Source: an uncultured bacterium (GTDB lineage: Bacteria; Patescibacteriota; Minisyncoccia; Moranbacterales; UBA2206). From it: 44,287 bases of DNA. The DNA lies in the NCBI GenBank assembly GCA_903842445.1, contig CAIMLT010000077.1:1-44287 (forward strand), in the 5' to 3' direction. This document shows positions 43,193-44,287 of the stretch, piece after piece (within the stretch, counting starts at the first letter, position 1; every line of letters starts with the position of its first letter). Made by a program: the position numbers and the translations under genes. The notes below the pieces were generated by a model. It was given only the letters and a program-made list of their open reading frames with translations. It searched no databases and was not told the DNA's origin.

Positions 43193-44287
43193 ATGTTTGA
43201 TTTTAAAAAAAATGTATTTCTCGGAGTTGATGTTGGAACATCTTCAATCAAAATCGTTGAAATAAAAATAGTAGATGACAAGCCGGTGCTTTCTAATTAT
43301 GTCTGGATGTCATTTCGGGATGATAACTCGGGAAAAAGGAACACTAACTCTGAATACTTTTATGCAACACTGCCAGTGTGCATAAAAAAAATGATTAAGA
43401 AAGCAAAGATTGGCGGAAAAGATGCCTATGTTTCCTTGCCTGCTTTTGGGGGATTGATAACCTTGATTGACTTTCCGGAAATGGCAATTGAGGATATGGA
43501 GCAGGCAATTAAATTCGAAGCTCATAAATATATCCCGACATCTTTGGATGACGTTGTGATTAGTTGGGATATTGTGGAAAGGAAAGGGGCTCTGAAAAAT
43601 GCAGAAGCTGGTGCTGAAAATGCGAGTAATATTTCCGAAGCAATGGTGAGAGTTCTTTTGGTTGCCGCTTCAAGGGGAAAGATTTTGAAATATGAAAATT
43701 TAGTTAAAACCGTTGGGCTGAAATTAAAGTCCGTTGATATCGAAACTTTCTCCATTATGCGCGCTCTTTTGGGAAATGATTTGGGCAGTTTTGTTATTAT
43801 TGATATCGGAGCAAGAGCTTGCAATATTATTTTGGTAGAAAATGGAATAGTCAGAATCAACAGGAACGTTGATGCCGGAGGATTTGATATGACCAAATCA
43901 ATTGCCAAAGAAATGCAAATTGATTTTGAAAGAGCGGAAAAGTTGAAAGTTTCAGGTAAAAATTTTTTTGCCCCAGATTCATCCACGAGTTTTTTCACTT
44001 TGGATGTGATAGTGGGAGAGGTGGAAAGAGTGATTAATACATATTCCAAGGAACAAGGGAAAAGCCAAATAAGCGAAGTGATTCTTTCCGGTGGAACGGC
44101 TAATATGGTTGGTTTGGCGGATTATTTTTCAGGTAGATTGAAAATGAAAACAGTCATAGGTAATCCTTTTGCGAGAATTGCTTATGATAGTAAAATGGAA
44201 AAGTTGATTTCTGAAGTGCGCTCAGGTTTTGTTGTTGCGGTTGGCTCTGCGTTGAAAGGTGTGGAGGAATATTTTAAAAAAAGAAAA
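43193..44287 (+). CDS. pilM: Type IV pilus assembly protein PilM (stop codon beyond the window; absent from the ORF track)
   Basis: ATG 43193 gives MFDFKKNVFLGVDVGTSSIKIVE; later AIKFEAHKYIP, VLLVAA, DIETF, IDIGA, ILSGGTA, GNPF, VAVGSAL; frame open to 44287. Confidence 0.9.
   Translation, partial: MFDFKKNVFLGVDVGTSSIKIVEIKIVDDKPVLSNYVWMSFRDDNSGKRNTNSEYFYATLPVCIKKMIKKAKIGGKDAYVSLPAFGGLITLIDFPEMAIEDMEQAIKFEAHKYIPTSLDDVVISWDIVERKGALKNAEAGAENASNISEAMVRVLLVAASRGKILKYENLVKTVGLKLKSVDIETFSIMRALLGNDLGSFVIIDIGARACNIILVENGIVRINRNVDAGGFDMTKSIAKEMQIDFERAEKLKVSGKNFFAPDSSTSFFTLDVIVGEVERVINTYSKEQGKSQISEVILSGGTANMVGLADYFSGRLKMKTVIGNPFARIAYDSKMEKLISEVRSGFVVAVGSALKGVEEYFKKRK

Noticed and set aside
43310-44049. 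Minus-strand ORFs of 71 and 175 aa
   Set aside because: Antisense shadows of pilM; the same applies to the many short nested ORFs opposite real genes across the window
1-44287. CRISPR array, tRNA, rRNA or alternative genetic code 25
   Set aside because: No regularly spaced repeats or tRNA/rRNA signatures noticed; TGA ends full-length conserved genes (e.g. at 2142 and 40357)

Overview
AT-rich bacterial chromosomal segment in genetic code 11 (TGA is used as stop), with most genes lacking Shine-Dalgarno sites. Gene content (DUF5663-like small protein, VirD4/DUF87-type ATPase, pilM, giant S74-chaperoned fibre, many GT-C glycosyltransferases) suggests Patescibacteria/CPR, probably Parcubacteria; this is inference. 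Layout: (1) 0.1-1.3 kb, two tandem ~91%-identical secreted WxL-like proteins. (2) 1.4-16.3 kb, a surface-glycan/lipid modification island with a polyprenol-P-sugar synthase, four cobalamin-dependent radical SAM enzymes, a radical SAM/SPASM enzyme, an NDP-sugar epimerase, a GT2, two GT-C-like membrane proteins and an embedded candidate B12-uptake pair (DUF6580-like S-component plus DUF4430 transcobalamin-like protein). That pair lies behind a ~160-nt leader able to form two mutually exclusive folds but lacking a canonical B12 box. (3) 16.4-23.6 kb, a DUF916 WxL-partner with unusual topology, a beta-lactamase-fold serine hydrolase, a membrane-anchored HTH protein and a 1259-aa phage-tail-fibre-like adhesin with an exact 90-bp internal repeat. 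(4) 23.7-34 kb, murA, mreB, two GT4, holB-like, ftsQ-like and two GT39-like genes. (5) 34.2-40.4 kb, an operon with a 971-aa J-domain-like/Gly-zipper/LysM-like protein, two small proteins and a VirD4-like ATPase. (6) A PP2C-like/beta-propeller membrane protein and pilM, which the ORF track missed and which runs off the window. Two small non-autonomous elements (a 143-bp MITE-like unit and a REP doublet) and two DnaA-box-linked near-identical promoters are also visible. Best candidate for an undescribed system: cobalamin scavenging, possibly riboregulated, coupled to multi-B12-radical-SAM tailoring of a surface glycan in a reduced-genome symbiont. All family assignments come from motif recognition by eye; no database search was run.
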